From the NCBI GenBank assembly GCA_020349905.1, contig CP070702.1, positions 2,230,936 through 2,294,935 on the forward strand: 64,000 nt of DNA, read 5' to 3'. Each line of letters starts with the position of its first letter. Positions within the stretch are counted from its first letter, which is position 1. Positions 46,875 through 57,383 of this stretch are shown here, in pieces. The notes under the pieces are model-generated. The model saw only the letters and a program-made list of their open reading frames with translations, was not told the origin of the DNA and made no database searches. The DNA is from Candidatus Eiseniibacteriota bacterium (GTDB lineage: Bacteria > Eisenbacteria > RBG-16-71-46 > JAFGJU01). The translations under genes were made by a program, and so were the position numbers.

Positions 46875-48032
46875 TTATGTCGCCTTCCTCAGGTCATCGA
46901 CACGGTCGCAGACTTCCCAGGTGAACCCTTCCTCCAGCCTGCCGAAATGACCGAACGCAGCCGTGGCCTCGTAAATGGGACGCCGGAGGTCCAGGGTCTC
47001 GATGATGCCCGCCGGCGTCAGGTCGAACTGCTCCCTGATGAGCTTCTCGAGTTTACGGTCATCCACCTTTCCGGTGCCGAAGGTGTCGACCGTCAGCGAG
47101 ACGGGCTCCTCCATCCCGATGGCGTAGGCCAACTGAAGCTCGCACCTGTCAGCCAGCCCGGCCGCGACGATGTTCTTGGCGACGTATCTCGCCGCGTAGG
47201 AACCCGAGCGGTCTGTCTTTGTCGGGTCCTTTCCCGAGAACGCGGCTCCTCCGTGCCTGGCGGAAATCCCGTAGGAGTCCACAGCCAGTTTCCTCCCGGT
47301 GAGGCCCACGTCCACTCTCGGGCCGGCCGAGATGAACTTGCCCGCCGGATTTATGAGCAGCTGTGCATCGTTGGAGCCCAATCCGGTCGGAGCCATGACC
47401 TTGTCGATGACCTCCTTCTTGAGATCGCGCCTCAACTGCTCAAGCTCTATCTCGGGGGAATGCTGTGCAGAAAGCACGAGCGTGCTCAACGAAACTGGTT
47501 TTCCGGAATCGTACTCCACGGTGACCTGCGCCTTCCCGTCAGGGCGCAGGTAGGGGAGCACGCCGGATAGCCGCACGTCCCTCAACTTCCTCGTCAGCCC
47601 GTGGGCCAGAAAAATCGGAACAGGCATGTATTCCGAGGAAAACCCCGCCGCCTCCGCCTCGTTGCTGGCGTAGCCCACCATCATCCCCTGGTCGCCGGCC
47701 CCCTTGCGATCCACTGCCAGCCCGATGTCAGGACACTGCTCGTCTATCATGACGATGACCGCGCAGGTCTGATAGTCGAATCCGGAGCAGACGTCACAGT
47801 AGCCCACCTTCTTGAGCTTCTCCCGCACTATTCCAGTGATGTCCACGTAACACTTGGTCGTGATCTCGCCGGTCACGACGACGAGGCCCGTAGTAATCAG
47901 GGCCTCGCAGGCCACGCGCGCGTACGCGTCCTCCCGGAGGATGGCATCGAGAATCGAGTCCGATATTTGGTCGCAGACCTTGTCAGGATGGGCCTCACTT
48001 ACCGATTCAGAAGTGGCAAGATACCTGGACAC
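46875..48032 (-). CDS. metK: S-adenosylmethionine synthetase
   Basis: N-terminus [18 protein letters not shown] and conserved MetK motifs throughout. GTG start at 48032 with AAGGAG 6 nt upstream. Confidence 0.85.
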   Translation of the reverse strand: MSRYLATSESVSEAHPDKVCDQISDSILDAILREDAYARVACEALITTGLVVVTGEITTKCYVDITGIVREKLKKVGYCDVCSGFDYQTCAVIVMIDEQCPDIGLAVDRKGAGDQGMMVGYASNEAEAAGFSSEYMPVPIFLAHGLTRKLRDVRLSGVLPYLRPDGKAQVTVEYDSGKPVSLSTLVLSAQHSPEIELEQLRRDLKKEVIDKVMAPTGLGSNDAQLLINPAGKFISAGPRVDVGLTGRKLAVDSYGISARHGGAAFSGKDPTKTDRSGSYAARYVAKNIVAAGLADRCELQLAYAIGMEEPVSLTVDTFGTGKVDDRKLEKLIREQFDLTPAGIIETLDLRRPIYEATAAFGHFGRLEEGFTWEVCDRVDDLRKAT

Positions 48033-48276
48033 GTGTGACTCCTTTCACTGGGGACGCCATCAAAACCCTTAAGTTTCTCACAAACGCTCTTGCACTGTCA
48101 AATGCATTCACCGATGATGTCTTGACCCGCAAACTGCAGGCGTGATATCGTGCCGCAGAATGGCGTGGTCGCCAGGCCGGGCCACTCACTCGGCCGGCAG
48201 GCGAAAGTATCCGGCGAGAGCCGCGGGTCCCCAAAGACCGCGGTGTCACAAGGTACGCACCCGGCGGGTGTTCTGA
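48033..48276 (-). promoter_or_regulatory. about 240-nt structured 5' leader of metK; candidate SAM-responsive riboswitch (unverified)
   Basis: Long GC-rich untranslated leader. A possible P1 pairing GACCCGC...GCGGGUC encloses about 100 nt containing UGGCCCGGCCUGGCGACC, reminiscent of the SAM-I/IV core UGGCCC...CCCGGCAACC. Confidence 0.25.
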
Positions 48277-49857
48277 ATGACCCAGGAAGACACGTCTTCT
48301 AGATATCCTCCCTCCGAGGTCCGATTCCCGCATTGGGCCGCGGTGGCCACCCTGCTGGCCCTGGCCGCCACCCTGAGGCTCTATCGTCTTTCCGCTCAGA
48401 GCATCTGGGTCGACGAGATGCTGACCCTTTCTTCGAGCGGCATCACTGCCACGCTCAACCCCATCGACATCTTCGACAACCTGCACGGTCCCCTGCATTC
48501 GCTCATCCTTTTTCTCTGGACACAAGTCGCGGGCGAGAGCGAGTTCGTCTTGAGACTCCCTTCCGTTTTTTTCAGCGTCCTCTCTCTGGTGGTGATTTAC
48601 AGGTTGATTCTTAGACTCTTTGACGCTCGGACAGCGCTCGTGGCCCTGGCGCTCCTGGCGATCTCCCCTCTTCACGTCTGGTACGGGCAGGAGGCACGGA
48701 ACTACAGCCTTCTTCTCTTCTTCTCCGCGCTTTCTTTCGACAGCTATCTCTCTCTGCTTTCGGAACCCGGCAGGGCCAACTTCGGGAAATACGTGCTCTT
48801 CACCTTCAGCGCTCTTCTCTGCAACATGAGCGCGGCGTTTCTCGTCATCGTCCAGGACGTCTTCTTCTTCTTCTCTCCCCGGAAGCTCTCGTTCCGCGAC
48901 CTTCTTCTGGTACACGTCCTGCTCGCCCTTTTGCTCTTGCCCTGGCTCAAGGGGATGTTCGAGAGGGTGGAGTTTCACCGTCTGGTCAGGACCGAACCCT
49001 ATCCGGAGTCTCAATTCCTGAGGGGAGAGACAACGTTCTCGCCTTTGGCAATTCCGTACACGTTCTACGTGTTCTCGGTCGGTTACTCACTCGGGCCGGG
49101 CCTCAGGGAGCTTCACGAGTCGGTGGGGCTGGCCGGTATCTCCGGACATCTCCGGACCGTCGTCCCTGCGGCGGCCTGTTTCTCTCTGGCGTTTCTACTG
49201 GGCGTGTTTTCGCTCAGAGACAGGAAGAGACTGCTCTTTCTCTTGCTTCTCTGGTTGGCCGTGCCGCTAGTGCTGGTCTCCCTTTTCGCCGTCAAGAACT
49301 TCAAGCCATTCAATCCCCGCTACGCCCTCGTGGCCCTGCCTGCCTACATAATGATAGTCGTAGAGGGGGTGCGCCTGCGCGCGCCGGTTGTCCTGAGGGC
49401 GCTTCTTCTGGCAGCGCTCCTGGCCTCGATGCTCGTCTCCCTCTGGAACTACTACACCGTGCCGGCGTACTGGAAGGACGACTTTAGAGGGGCGGCGGGC
49501 GTCTTAAACGCAGAGGTGACCGCCGGTGACGTAGTCTTCGCAGCAGGCACGTATGAGCCGCTCATCTACTATCGCAGCGAGAGGGTACCTCTGCTGCCAT
49601 TATTCCCGGAGGTCGTACGCGATCGTGCCGCCCTCGAGTCCTACGTCCTCAAGCAGGCGGCAGGTTCTGAGCGGGTATGGCTCGTCACTTCCAGGATGTG
49701 GAACGTGGACCCGGAGGGAGCGGTGAGGGGGTTATTCACGCGCTTATTCAGCGTCGAGAAAGAGCTTCGTTTCGAGGGTGTCGAGGTCATCCTGTTCGTG
49801 AGAGAGCGCGAGGCCTCTTCCGGACAGGGCGGCGTAAAGCGCACGCTCGACACTTGA
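48277..49857 (+). CDS. GT39-family (ArnT/PMT-like) membrane glycosyltransferase
   Basis: Multiple TM helices in the N-terminal two thirds, with a first periplasmic loop carrying a D-E motif (SIWVDEMLT). C-terminal soluble domain. Family-typical size. Confidence 0.6.
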   Translation: MTQEDTSSRYPPSEVRFPHWAAVATLLALAATLRLYRLSAQSIWVDEMLTLSSSGITATLNPIDIFDNLHGPLHSLILFLWTQVAGESEFVLRLPSVFFSVLSLVVIYRLILRLFDARTALVALALLAISPLHVWYGQEARNYSLLLFFSALSFDSYLSLLSEPGRANFGKYVLFTFSALLCNMSAAFLVIVQDVFFFFSPRKLSFRDLLLVHVLLALLLLPWLKGMFERVEFHRLVRTEPYPESQFLRGETTFSPLAIPYTFYVFSVGYSLGPGLRELHESVGLAGISGHLRTVVPAAACFSLAFLLGVFSLRDRKRLLFLLLLWLAVPLVLVSLFAVKNFKPFNPRYALVALPAYIMIVVEGVRLRAPVVLRALLLAALLASMLVSLWNYYTVPAYWKDDFRGAAGVLNAEVTAGDVVFAAGTYEPLIYYRSERVPLLPLFPEVVRDRAALESYVLKQAAGSERVWLVTSRMWNVDPEGAVRGLFTRLFSVEKELRFEGVEVILFVREREASSGQGGVKRTLDT

Positions 49858-49861
49858 CCCG

Positions 49862-50839
49862 GTGCCTGAGCGAGAGACTGGGCGCCTGACTCAGAGAGCG
49901 GAGGGAATCTTGAGACTCCTCATAGTGAACCAGAGGGCTCCGGAATACGCTGCTCTCATCAAGAAGGAGCTTCCCGACCTCGAGATAAGTGTCGCGAAAA
50001 ACAAGAGCGAAATCCCTCCTTCCATCGAAGACGTGGACATCATACTCGCGTGGCGCGTTCCAAAGGACGTGCTCAAGAAGGCGGTAAACGTCCGGTGGCT
50101 TGCTTCGACCGGAGCGGGCGTGGACCACCTGATTCTTCCCTGGCTCGGAAAGGACGTGGTAATAACGAAGGCTCCTCCCATCTTCGGAAGACTCATCGCC
50201 GAGTACGTCATGGGTTACGCGCTTCACGTCTCCCTGGGTGTGGAGAATGTGCTTTCAAACAAACAGAAGAAGCTCTGGGCCGTGCCTGAGCGCTCTGCAT
50301 TGGGCGGAAGGCTGATGGGAATACTGGGAATGGGAAGCATAGGCACCGAAATCGCCCGGGCGGCCAGGTGCATGGGAATGAAGGTGTGGGGAGTCAGAAG
50401 AAGCGCTGCCCCGTCGCCGGATGCCGACCGGGTGTTCGGCCCGAAGGAACTTAAGGACTTCCTTCCCCATCCTGACTTCCTTGTCATCGCTCTCCCGCTC
50501 ACCGAAGAAACCAGGGACCTTATCGGGTCCGATGAGCTCTCCCTCGTCAAGTCAACCGCGTGGATAATAAACGTGGGGAGAGGCAGGGTGCTGGGCGAGG
50601 AAGCACTGGTGAGGAAGCTCGGCCAGGGAGGATTGGGTGGCTACGTTGCGGACGTCTTTGCGACGGAGCCGCTCCCGAAGGAGAGCCCCCTGTGGGAGCT
50701 CTCCAACGTTATAATCACTCCGCACTACGCGGCACTTACGAGCCCGGAGGAGTTCGTCCCTTCCTTCGTGGACAACGTGCGCAGGTTCGAGGCAGGCCGA
50801 CCTCTTCTGTTCCAGATAGACAGGCAGAAGGGCTACTGA
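49862..50839 (+). CDS. D-isomer-specific 2-hydroxyacid dehydrogenase (NAD-binding)
   Basis: GILGMGSIGTEIARAA Rossmann motif. A catalytic Arg-Glu-His arrangement in the C-terminal half. 325 aa. Confidence 0.75.
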   Translation: MPERETGRLTQRAEGILRLLIVNQRAPEYAALIKKELPDLEISVAKNKSEIPPSIEDVDIILAWRVPKDVLKKAVNVRWLASTGAGVDHLILPWLGKDVVITKAPPIFGRLIAEYVMGYALHVSLGVENVLSNKQKKLWAVPERSALGGRLMGILGMGSIGTEIARAARCMGMKVWGVRRSAAPSPDADRVFGPKELKDFLPHPDFLVIALPLTEETRDLIGSDELSLVKSTAWIINVGRGRVLGEEALVRKLGQGGLGGYVADVFATEPLPKESPLWELSNVIITPHYAALTSPEEFVPSFVDNVRRFEAGRPLLFQIDRQKGY

Positions 50840-51036
50840 CCAAGGATGGTCTTGGCAAGAAAGCGAAGCGACCTGTCATAGGTCTTCTCCGCCGCCTTTG
50901 GAAAGAGGCACGCGGGCGCCTCTCCCGCTCTCTTGTGGTACTGGATGCACTCGCAGCACTTGCCCTTTCTGGAACACGGGTCGTACGTGCACGTGCAGAA
51001 GCCCAGGTTCGCCTTGATTGAATCGCATTCAGCCAC
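50833..51036 (-). CDS. small cysteine-rich protein (CxCxYxPC...CCEC, DUF6485-like)
   Basis: 67 aa, 8 Cys, with AAGGAGG SD. It overlaps the convergent dehydrogenase gene end by 7 nt. Confidence 0.5.
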   Translation of the reverse strand: MAECDSIKANLGFCTCTYDPCSRKGKCCECIQYHKRAGEAPACLFPKAAEKTYDRSLRFLAKTILGQ

Positions 51037-51102
51037 AGCAGCCTCCTTGCCCTCTTATTCCCATCCCACCCGAATCCAGCATTAACCCGAATGAGACAAA
51101 GG

Positions 51103-51160
51103 GCCCGCGTTTCCCTTGATAGTAGCTATCACGCACACTAGTGCGATGGGAAACGCGGGC
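51103..51160. repeat. nested palindrome: 13-bp inverted repeat (GCCCGCGTTTCCC/GGGAAACGCGGGC) enclosing two 5-bp hairpins
   Basis: The outer stem is perfect. The 32-nt interior contains GATAG-TAG-CTATC and CGCAC-ACTA-GTGCG. It lies between two minus-strand genes. Confidence 0.6.
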
Positions 51161-51184
51161 TCACCTCTTTTAGTCTTCGGCCCC

Positions 51185-52723
51185 TCACCGCACCGGTCTA
51201 AACCCGCTCTCCCAGCTTGTCCGCGGCACGATGGCTCGCATCCTGGAAAGGGAGAACGGCGGCACCGTGGGGCCATCGAAGTAGAATAGCGTCATGTCTA
51301 TATCGGTAACGTCGTCAACTACGAAGACAGGAGTGAGCACCGGTTCGCCCTGGCCCGACACCTCACCATAAATCCCGACGGGTTCAGACGGCACCTCCCC
51401 CACGAAGTCAAGCTCGCCGTTGCCGTTGAGGTCCATGAAACAGATGATGTAGTAACAGCCGAACGGCAGGGGTGTGCTGACGTACGGGCCTGTTCCGTTC
51501 GGCAGGACTGCCATGCCCCAGGGGTCCGCCTCTCCGCCCGCGGTCGGGTCCTCCATGAAGAAGAGCGCATACGTCGTGTCGGACTCGGTCACCTCCGGAC
51601 GCTTCGAGACGGTTCCGGATATGGTGCAGAGCCGGTATACGAGGTCGAGCGATAAGTCTATGCCCCTCGTGGTCTTTCCAGCAGTAACAACGACCGGGTC
51701 CGGCGACCCGTCCTGGCCCGGGTCATACATACCCGCTGGCTCTCCGAGGTCAATGTCCTCGTTACCGTTCACGTCAAGGGCAGCCGCTACGTAGTAAGTG
51801 CCAGGGGGGACGGGTTCCACGGTGTAGGGGCCGAGCGCCTCGCTCCAGCCCTGTACGTCTGGCTCGAAAAAGCAGGGCTGTCGAAACAGACCTATGAACA
51901 CCCCTCCGTACACCTGGGATTCGCCCTGGGCTATGAAGGGAGAGTAGCTGATGGTCCCGGTGACGGTGCCTCCCTCCCCGGTTTCAAAGCTCCATGAGTA
52001 CTCGGATTCCAGCGGATTCCCTGAGACGTCTGTTGCCCCGGTGCCGACAGAGGCATGGAAGGCGGCGAAGTCCTCAAGAGGGTCAGCTGGCGTGAAGATG
52101 GCCCTGGAATTGTTGGCCTCCCAGCTGAAGCTCCCGGGTAGAGAGTAGCCGCCAAAGGGGCCCTCGAGGATTTCGAAGTTACTCTCCACAGAGCCCGTGT
52201 TCATCCTTTCGCTGAATTCAATGGTGACGGTAGTAAGCGTATCCACGTCCCACGCTCCGTCCGCCGGAATCGTGCGAGTCACGACAGGCGACGTGGTGTC
52301 GGACTGTGTGGAGCCGGAGAACTCTGTGGTCTGGGCGCTCATCGCGTTGCCCGCAAGGTCCTTCACACCGCTTACTTCCAGTATGTAGTCGAACCCTAAC
52401 TGCGGGTCCGTCTCCAGAAGCACGTTTTCCCCATCTTGAAGCAAGACGCCGCTCACCACCGGCAGAAGACCTGTGGCTTCAGCATGCACAAGCGACGGGG
52501 TTATGGTGTAGTTCCCGGCGTCCTCGGCTGAAGTTTCGTCCAGCTTCTCGTTGAACGTGACGTTTAGATGAATCTCGTCGACCGCGGTTGCCGAGACGAG
52601 TTCCGGCGGCGTGTTGTCCCTTTCAGGTTTCTGGCTGCTTTTCTCCGAACACCCCCCCAGTGACACCACGAGCAGCACAACGAAAACGAGAGTGGCGACG
52701 GAGGTGACCCTTCCCGGAGACAT
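51185..52723 (-). CDS. lipoprotein with tandem Ig-like (SbsA/Big-type) domains
   Basis: Lipobox VSLGGCSEK after ATG 52723 (AAGGAG SD). Repeated '...VTFNEKLDETSAEDAGNYTITP' / '...TIEFSERMNTGSVESNFEIL' Ig-like domain starts. Confidence 0.55.
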   Translation of the reverse strand: MSPGRVTSVATLVFVVLLVVSLGGCSEKSSQKPERDNTPPELVSATAVDEIHLNVTFNEKLDETSAEDAGNYTITPSLVHAEATGLLPVVSGVLLQDGENVLLETDPQLGFDYILEVSGVKDLAGNAMSAQTTEFSGSTQSDTTSPVVTRTIPADGAWDVDTLTTVTIEFSERMNTGSVESNFEILEGPFGGYSLPGSFSWEANNSRAIFTPADPLEDFAAFHASVGTGATDVSGNPLESEYSWSFETGEGGTVTGTISYSPFIAQGESQVYGGVFIGLFRQPCFFEPDVQGWSEALGPYTVEPVPPGTYYVAAALDVNGNEDIDLGEPAGMYDPGQDGSPDPVVVTAGKTTRGIDLSLDLVYRLCTISGTVSKRPEVTESDTTYALFFMEDPTAGGEADPWGMAVLPNGTGPYVSTPLPFGCYYIICFMDLNGNGELDFVGEVPSEPVGIYGEVSGQGEPVLTPVFVVDDVTDIDMTLFYFDGPTVPPFSLSRMRAIVPRTSWESGFRPVR

Positions 52724-53067
52724 CGCACTCCTCCTTAGTATTGGAAGCCGGCTCATCACATTCGCTTCATCGCCAGGGTGGATACCCGAACGCATTCATA
52801 GCACAGTGCCGAAAATCCGTCAATGCGCTCTTGGCCGCGCCGCGCTTGACGCCGTTTTGGGGGCGTGCTAGCATGCCGCCTGGCCCGGGGGGACGAGACC
52901 CGGCCCAGGGGCGGCTCGCTTGCGCCTACCCGTTGCAAATCAAGAAGTTACGCGGGGACGGCGGATCTCGGACTTCGATTGCGGCCCGGTCTCAAAGCAT
53001 CGGCTCAGGCACACGCTCCGGTCTGCGGCGGCCCCTGAGGCCGTCACGAGCGTTGCGGAGGTCAGGA

Positions 53068-54129
53068 TTGAAGATTTGTTTTCTGGGCGACGCGTCCATG
53101 AATCACGTGGCCAGATGGGTCAACTATTTTGTTGACAGGGAACACGAGTGCCTCGTCATAAGCCTCGAGAAGGGGCAGAGCTTTAAGTGCGCGTTCAACC
53201 ACGTCCCCATGCCGGCCCTGCCGCGCTTCATCCGGTACCCTCTGGCCACCTTCTTCATTTCCAGCCTCGTTCGAAGCTTCGGCCCCGACCTGGTGAACGC
53301 TCTCTTCATTCCGAACTACGGCCTTATTGCGGCTCTAATGGGCACCAGGCCCCTCGCCGTGACGACCATGGGGTCCGACGTGCTCGTATCCCCCAGGAGG
53401 AGCCCGTTCCATCTCTGGAGAACCAAGTACGTGCTCTCCAAGTGCGACCTGGTGACGTCGGACGCATGGATGATGACCGAGAGAATAGTCTCGTTCGGAG
53501 CCGGGCACGAGAAGGTGCTCACGGTCCCGATGGGGATAGACAACTCGGTGTTCAACATGAAGGACCGGACGCCTCCCTCCCTGGAGGAACCCGTCATAGC
53601 GAGCACGCGGCAGCTCGAGCCTCTCTACAACGTGCACCAGCTCGTAGAGGCAATCCCGGAGATACTTAGAGCCGTTCCGAAAGCCAAGTTCGTGATCGCC
53701 GGCACGGGCTCAGAACAGGAGAAGCTCGTGGAAGCCACCAGGCGCAACGCCACCTCGGACGCCGTGAGCTTCGCTGGCTGGCTTAGGCCCACCGAACTTG
53801 CAGCGCTCCTCAGGCGCTCAAGCATCTTCGTGTCCACTTCCACCTCCGACAGCACCTCGGTTTCTCTTCTCGAAGCAATGGCCTGCGGAGCCTTTCCCGT
53901 CGTGAGCCACATCCCCGGAAACCGGGAATGGGTGGAGAACGGTGTGAACGGACTCCTATTCAGGCTCGGGAGCGCCTCTTCCCTCGCCCAGGCGGTGACG
54001 AGCGCCCTGTCGGATAAAAATCTCCTGGCCTCCGCCGTCCAGAAGAATAGCGAAATCGTCCAGAAAAAGGCGCTCTGGAGCGACAACATGTCTGTGGTCG
54101 AGAGCGCTTTCGAAGTCCTCAAGCGTTAG
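53068..54129 (+). CDS. GT4-family glycosyltransferase (GT-B fold)
   Basis: TTG start after a GGAGG SD. N-terminal KICFLGDASMNH and C-terminal E-x7-E-like region (FVSTSTSDSTSVSLLEAMACGAFPV). The upstream part of the six-frame ORF (52741-53067) is Arg/Gly-rich and non-coding in character. Confidence 0.6.
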   Translation: MKICFLGDASMNHVARWVNYFVDREHECLVISLEKGQSFKCAFNHVPMPALPRFIRYPLATFFISSLVRSFGPDLVNALFIPNYGLIAALMGTRPLAVTTMGSDVLVSPRRSPFHLWRTKYVLSKCDLVTSDAWMMTERIVSFGAGHEKVLTVPMGIDNSVFNMKDRTPPSLEEPVIASTRQLEPLYNVHQLVEAIPEILRAVPKAKFVIAGTGSEQEKLVEATRRNATSDAVSFAGWLRPTELAALLRRSSIFVSTSTSDSTSVSLLEAMACGAFPVVSHIPGNREWVENGVNGLLFRLGSASSLAQAVTSALSDKNLLASAVQKNSEIVQKKALWSDNMSVVESAFEVLKR

Positions 54130-54210
54130 GCCGCGATGGCCGCCTTATGGCCTCGACTATGCCGCGGCTGTCAGAGTCCTCAAGGGATAGGGCGCAGTTC
54201 GAACGCCTCC

Positions 54211-55683
54211 TCAGAATATCGCTGAGACGGAGGAAGCCACGAGGCGGGCAAAACCGGACGGAAACACGCCCATGGCCAGAGTGCCCAGGACGCATATCAG
54301 CAGCGCCGCTCTTGCAGCGAGAGAAGGAGGGGCCTCTATCCCGACCGTCTCTTCCTTCATGTACATGAGATACACAATCCGCATGTAGAAGTAGACCGAG
54401 ACGAGGCTGTTGAGAACGCCGATGACAGCCAGGTCGACGTAGCCGGCTCCGACGGCCGCGCTGAACACGTAGAACTTGGCGAAGAATCCTCCTGTCGGGG
54501 GAATACCAGCCAGGGAAATCATGAAGAGCGCCATGGCTCCTGAGAGAAGCGGATGGCGCGTCGAGAGACCGCTGTAAGAGGTGAGGTCCAGGGCTTCTTG
54601 CTCCTCGCGCCTCAAGAGAGCTATGACTCCAAAGGCACCCAGCGTCATGAAGGCGTAGGCGAGGGCGTAAAAGAGAACACTCGAGTAGCCCGCCCTACCC
54701 GCCGCTGTCAGCGCCACCAGCAGGTACCCTGCGTGAGCTATGCTGGAGTAGGCAAGCATGCGCTTGATGTTGGTCTGCGAGATGGCGGCCAGGTTGCCGA
54801 GCGTCATCGTTGCAACGGCCAGGACCCAGAGCACCTTGGAGAGCTCTATCTGAACCGGAGCGAGTCCGGTTCCGAATATACGGACGAAGGCAGCGAACAC
54901 TGCCGCCTTGGATACCACTGACATGTATCCCGTCACCGACGTGGGCGCCCCTTGGTAGACGTCAGGAACCCACATGTGAAACGGGACCGACCCCAGCTTG
55001 AAACAGAGCCCCACCATAAGCAACGCGCACGCCGCATACACCAGAAGCGTCGGAGCGTCTCCCCCCGAGGAAAGCATCGCCTGCATCGCGCCGTACTGCG
55101 TGCTGCCTGCCGCCCCGTAGAAGAGGGCTATCCCGTAGAGCAGAAAGCCGGAGGCAAACGCCCCCAGCACGAAATACTTGACCGCCGCCTCCACCGAGAC
55201 GGTCCTGTCGCGGAAGAACCCGCTGAGCACGTAGAGAGAGACGGAGAGTATTTCCAGGCCCAGAAAGAACACGACCATATCCACGGCCGACGCCATTAGC
55301 ATGGCCCCTGAAGTGGCAAAGAGCAGAAGCGAATAGTACTCTCCCCTCTCTATCCCTTCCCTACGCGCGTAGAAGAAGGAGCTGAGAACCACGAGCGCAG
55401 TGCCCAGAAGCAGAAGAAGGTCGAAGAAGGAGGAGAATCTGTCGAGACTGATGGCTCCGCTGAACCCCACGACTTCCCTTCCCCACAAGAAGGTCACCAG
55501 GACCGAAGAGGCCAGCAATCCCACGAGCGAGACGAGCGGAAGCACCCACTTTCGTCCGGGGGGCAGAAGGAAGTCGAGGAGGAGCACGACGATGGCGAAG
55601 AACACGACCGCGCTGAAGGGAGCGGCAGCCAGAAGTCCCATGTCCGAAACTCCGGAGAAAGAAGTCGCAGCTCCCATCGTCAC
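54211..55683 (-). CDS. nuoN: NADH-quinone oxidoreductase subunit N
   Basis: 490 aa, 14-TM antiporter-like subunit, last gene of the nuo cluster. Family conservation. Confidence 0.8.
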   Translation of the reverse strand: MTMGAATSFSGVSDMGLLAAAPFSAVVFFAIVVLLLDFLLPPGRKWVLPLVSLVGLLASSVLVTFLWGREVVGFSGAISLDRFSSFFDLLLLLGTALVVLSSFFYARREGIERGEYYSLLLFATSGAMLMASAVDMVVFFLGLEILSVSLYVLSGFFRDRTVSVEAAVKYFVLGAFASGFLLYGIALFYGAAGSTQYGAMQAMLSSGGDAPTLLVYAACALLMVGLCFKLGSVPFHMWVPDVYQGAPTSVTGYMSVVSKAAVFAAFVRIFGTGLAPVQIELSKVLWVLAVATMTLGNLAAISQTNIKRMLAYSSIAHAGYLLVALTAAGRAGYSSVLFYALAYAFMTLGAFGVIALLRREEQEALDLTSYSGLSTRHPLLSGAMALFMISLAGIPPTGGFFAKFYVFSAAVGAGYVDLAVIGVLNSLVSVYFYMRIVYLMYMKEETVGIEAPPSLAARAALLICVLGTLAMGVFPSGFARLVASSVSAIF

Positions 55684-57383
55684 TCCCCTCCCTCGTCCGC
55701 CTGAGTATCCGGTTCCATGGCCGAAGCAACCTCCTGAGAAGCGCCCTGCGAAGCCCCCTCAGAGTCCTCCTCTCCACCGTGCATCAATTGCCGGGTCAAT
55801 GTGGGAAGCCCCCTGGACGCGGCCTCCTCAACGCTTTCCACGGGCGCAGCGTTGGCGTTTCTTACCGTCTCCAGGAGGGCGTCCACCGAGGCGTGCATTC
55901 GGGAGAGGAAGAAGCCAGGCCACACGCCTATCCAGAATATGAGCACCACTATGGGAACCAGAATCCACCTCTCCCTGGCACCGATGTCGAAAAACACCGA
56001 CCCGTGCTTCTGTGCGGCACTCTGCTCTTCGCCGTCACCGTCTCGAGGTTCTCCGAACATCACCTTCTGGAACATCCACAGCATGTAGACGGCGGAGAGG
56101 ATGATTCCCACCGCGGCGGCAGCAGCAAAGACCGCGTTCTTCATGAACGCGCCCACCAGTATCAGGAACTCCCCGGCGAAGCCGTTGAGGCCCGGAAGCG
56201 CGATGGAGGAGAGCGTGACGATGAGGAAGAAGCCCGCGAACACGGGCATCCGCTTCCAGAGACCTCCGAAGTCCTCCATCATCCTGCTGTGACGCCGGTC
56301 GTAGAGCATTCCCACTATGAGAAAGAGAGCGCCGGTGCTTATGCCGTGGTTCACCATCTGAAGGATGCCGCCCTCAACACCCTGCGTGTTCAGGGCAAAG
56401 AGTCCCAGCATGACGAACCCGAGATGGCTCACGCTTGAATAGGCCACCAGCTTCTTCACGTCGCGCTGGGCCAAAGCCACCAGAGCTCCGTAGATGATTC
56501 CGATGATGGCCAGGATCGCTATTGCCGGAACTGCCTGAAGCGACACGCGCGGGAACAGAGGCAGGCAGAACCTCAGAAATCCGTACGTCCCCATCTTGAG
56601 GAGTATCCCCGCAAGCAGCACGCTGCCCGCGGTGGGAGCTTCCACGTGCGCATCGGGGAGCCACGTGTGAAACGGAAACATCGGAACCTTGATGGCGAAG
56701 CTTAGGAAGAAGGCCAGGAAGAGCCATAGCTCGACTCCTCCGGGGATGGCTGTGCCGTACAGCTTGAGCAAGTCGAACGTGTATTCGCCGGTGTTCCCGT
56801 GATGAATGAAGAACAGAGCCAGTATCGCGACCAGCATCAGGAGGCTTCCGGCCAGGGTGTAAAGAATGAACTTCACCGCGGCGTAGATTCTCTGCGGCCC
56901 ACCCCACACTCCGATGATGAGGTACATTGGGATGAGCATCGCCTCCCAGAAGATGTAGAAGAGCAGCAGGTCCAGAGAGACGAACACGCCTATCATTCCG
57001 GTTTCCAGAATCAACATCGAAACCATGAATCCCTTCACCCTGTGGGTGATGGAAGTCCAGGAGGCCCCGATGGAGAGCACGGTGAGAAAGCTCGTCAGAA
57101 TCACCAGGAAAAGGCTGATGCCGTCTATGCCCACGTGATAGCTGGACCCTATGGCGTCTATCCACGCATGCTTTTCGACGAACTGGACCGAGGGCGTGGA
57201 GACGTCGAAACCCGCGAGCAGGGGCACACAGACGGCGAAGTCTACCAGGGCAGTGACAAGAGCCACGGTTCTGATGAACCTCACTCTGCCGGGGTTCGTG
57301 AGGGCAATAAGGAACGCCCCGAGCAGCGGGAGGAAAGTAACGACCGTTATCAAGGGCACCTGTGACATGACCTCACCCGTCAC
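55680..57383 (-). CDS. nuoM: NADH-quinone oxidoreductase subunit M (with acidic C-terminal extension)
   Basis: Antiporter-like subunit with conserved NuoM TM core. 4-nt overlaps with its neighbours. Confidence 0.8.
   Translation of the reverse strand: MTGEVMSQVPLITVVTFLPLLGAFLIALTNPGRVRFIRTVALVTALVDFAVCVPLLAGFDVSTPSVQFVEKHAWIDAIGSSYHVGIDGISLFLVILTSFLTVLSIGASWTSITHRVKGFMVSMLILETGMIGVFVSLDLLLFYIFWEAMLIPMYLIIGVWGGPQRIYAAVKFILYTLAGSLLMLVAILALFFIHHGNTGEYTFDLLKLYGTAIPGGVELWLFLAFFLSFAIKVPMFPFHTWLPDAHVEAPTAGSVLLAGILLKMGTYGFLRFCLPLFPRVSLQAVPAIAILAIIGIIYGALVALAQRDVKKLVAYSSVSHLGFVMLGLFALNTQGVEGGILQMVNHGISTGALFLIVGMLYDRRHSRMMEDFGGLWKRMPVFAGFFLIVTLSSIALPGLNGFAGEFLILVGAFMKNAVFAAAAAVGIILSAVYMLWMFQKVMFGEPRDGDGEEQSAAQKHGSVFFDIGARERWILVPIVVLIFWIGVWPGFFLSRMHASVDALLETVRNANAAPVESVEEAASRGLPTLTRQLMHGGEEDSEGASQGASQEVASAMEPDTQADEGGE

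Noticed and set aside
52741-53067. Upstream part of the 462-aa ORF preceding the GT4 domain
   Set aside because: Arg/Gly/Pro-rich with no TM or homology. A TTG with a GGAGG SD at 53068 gives a GT4 protein of normal length.
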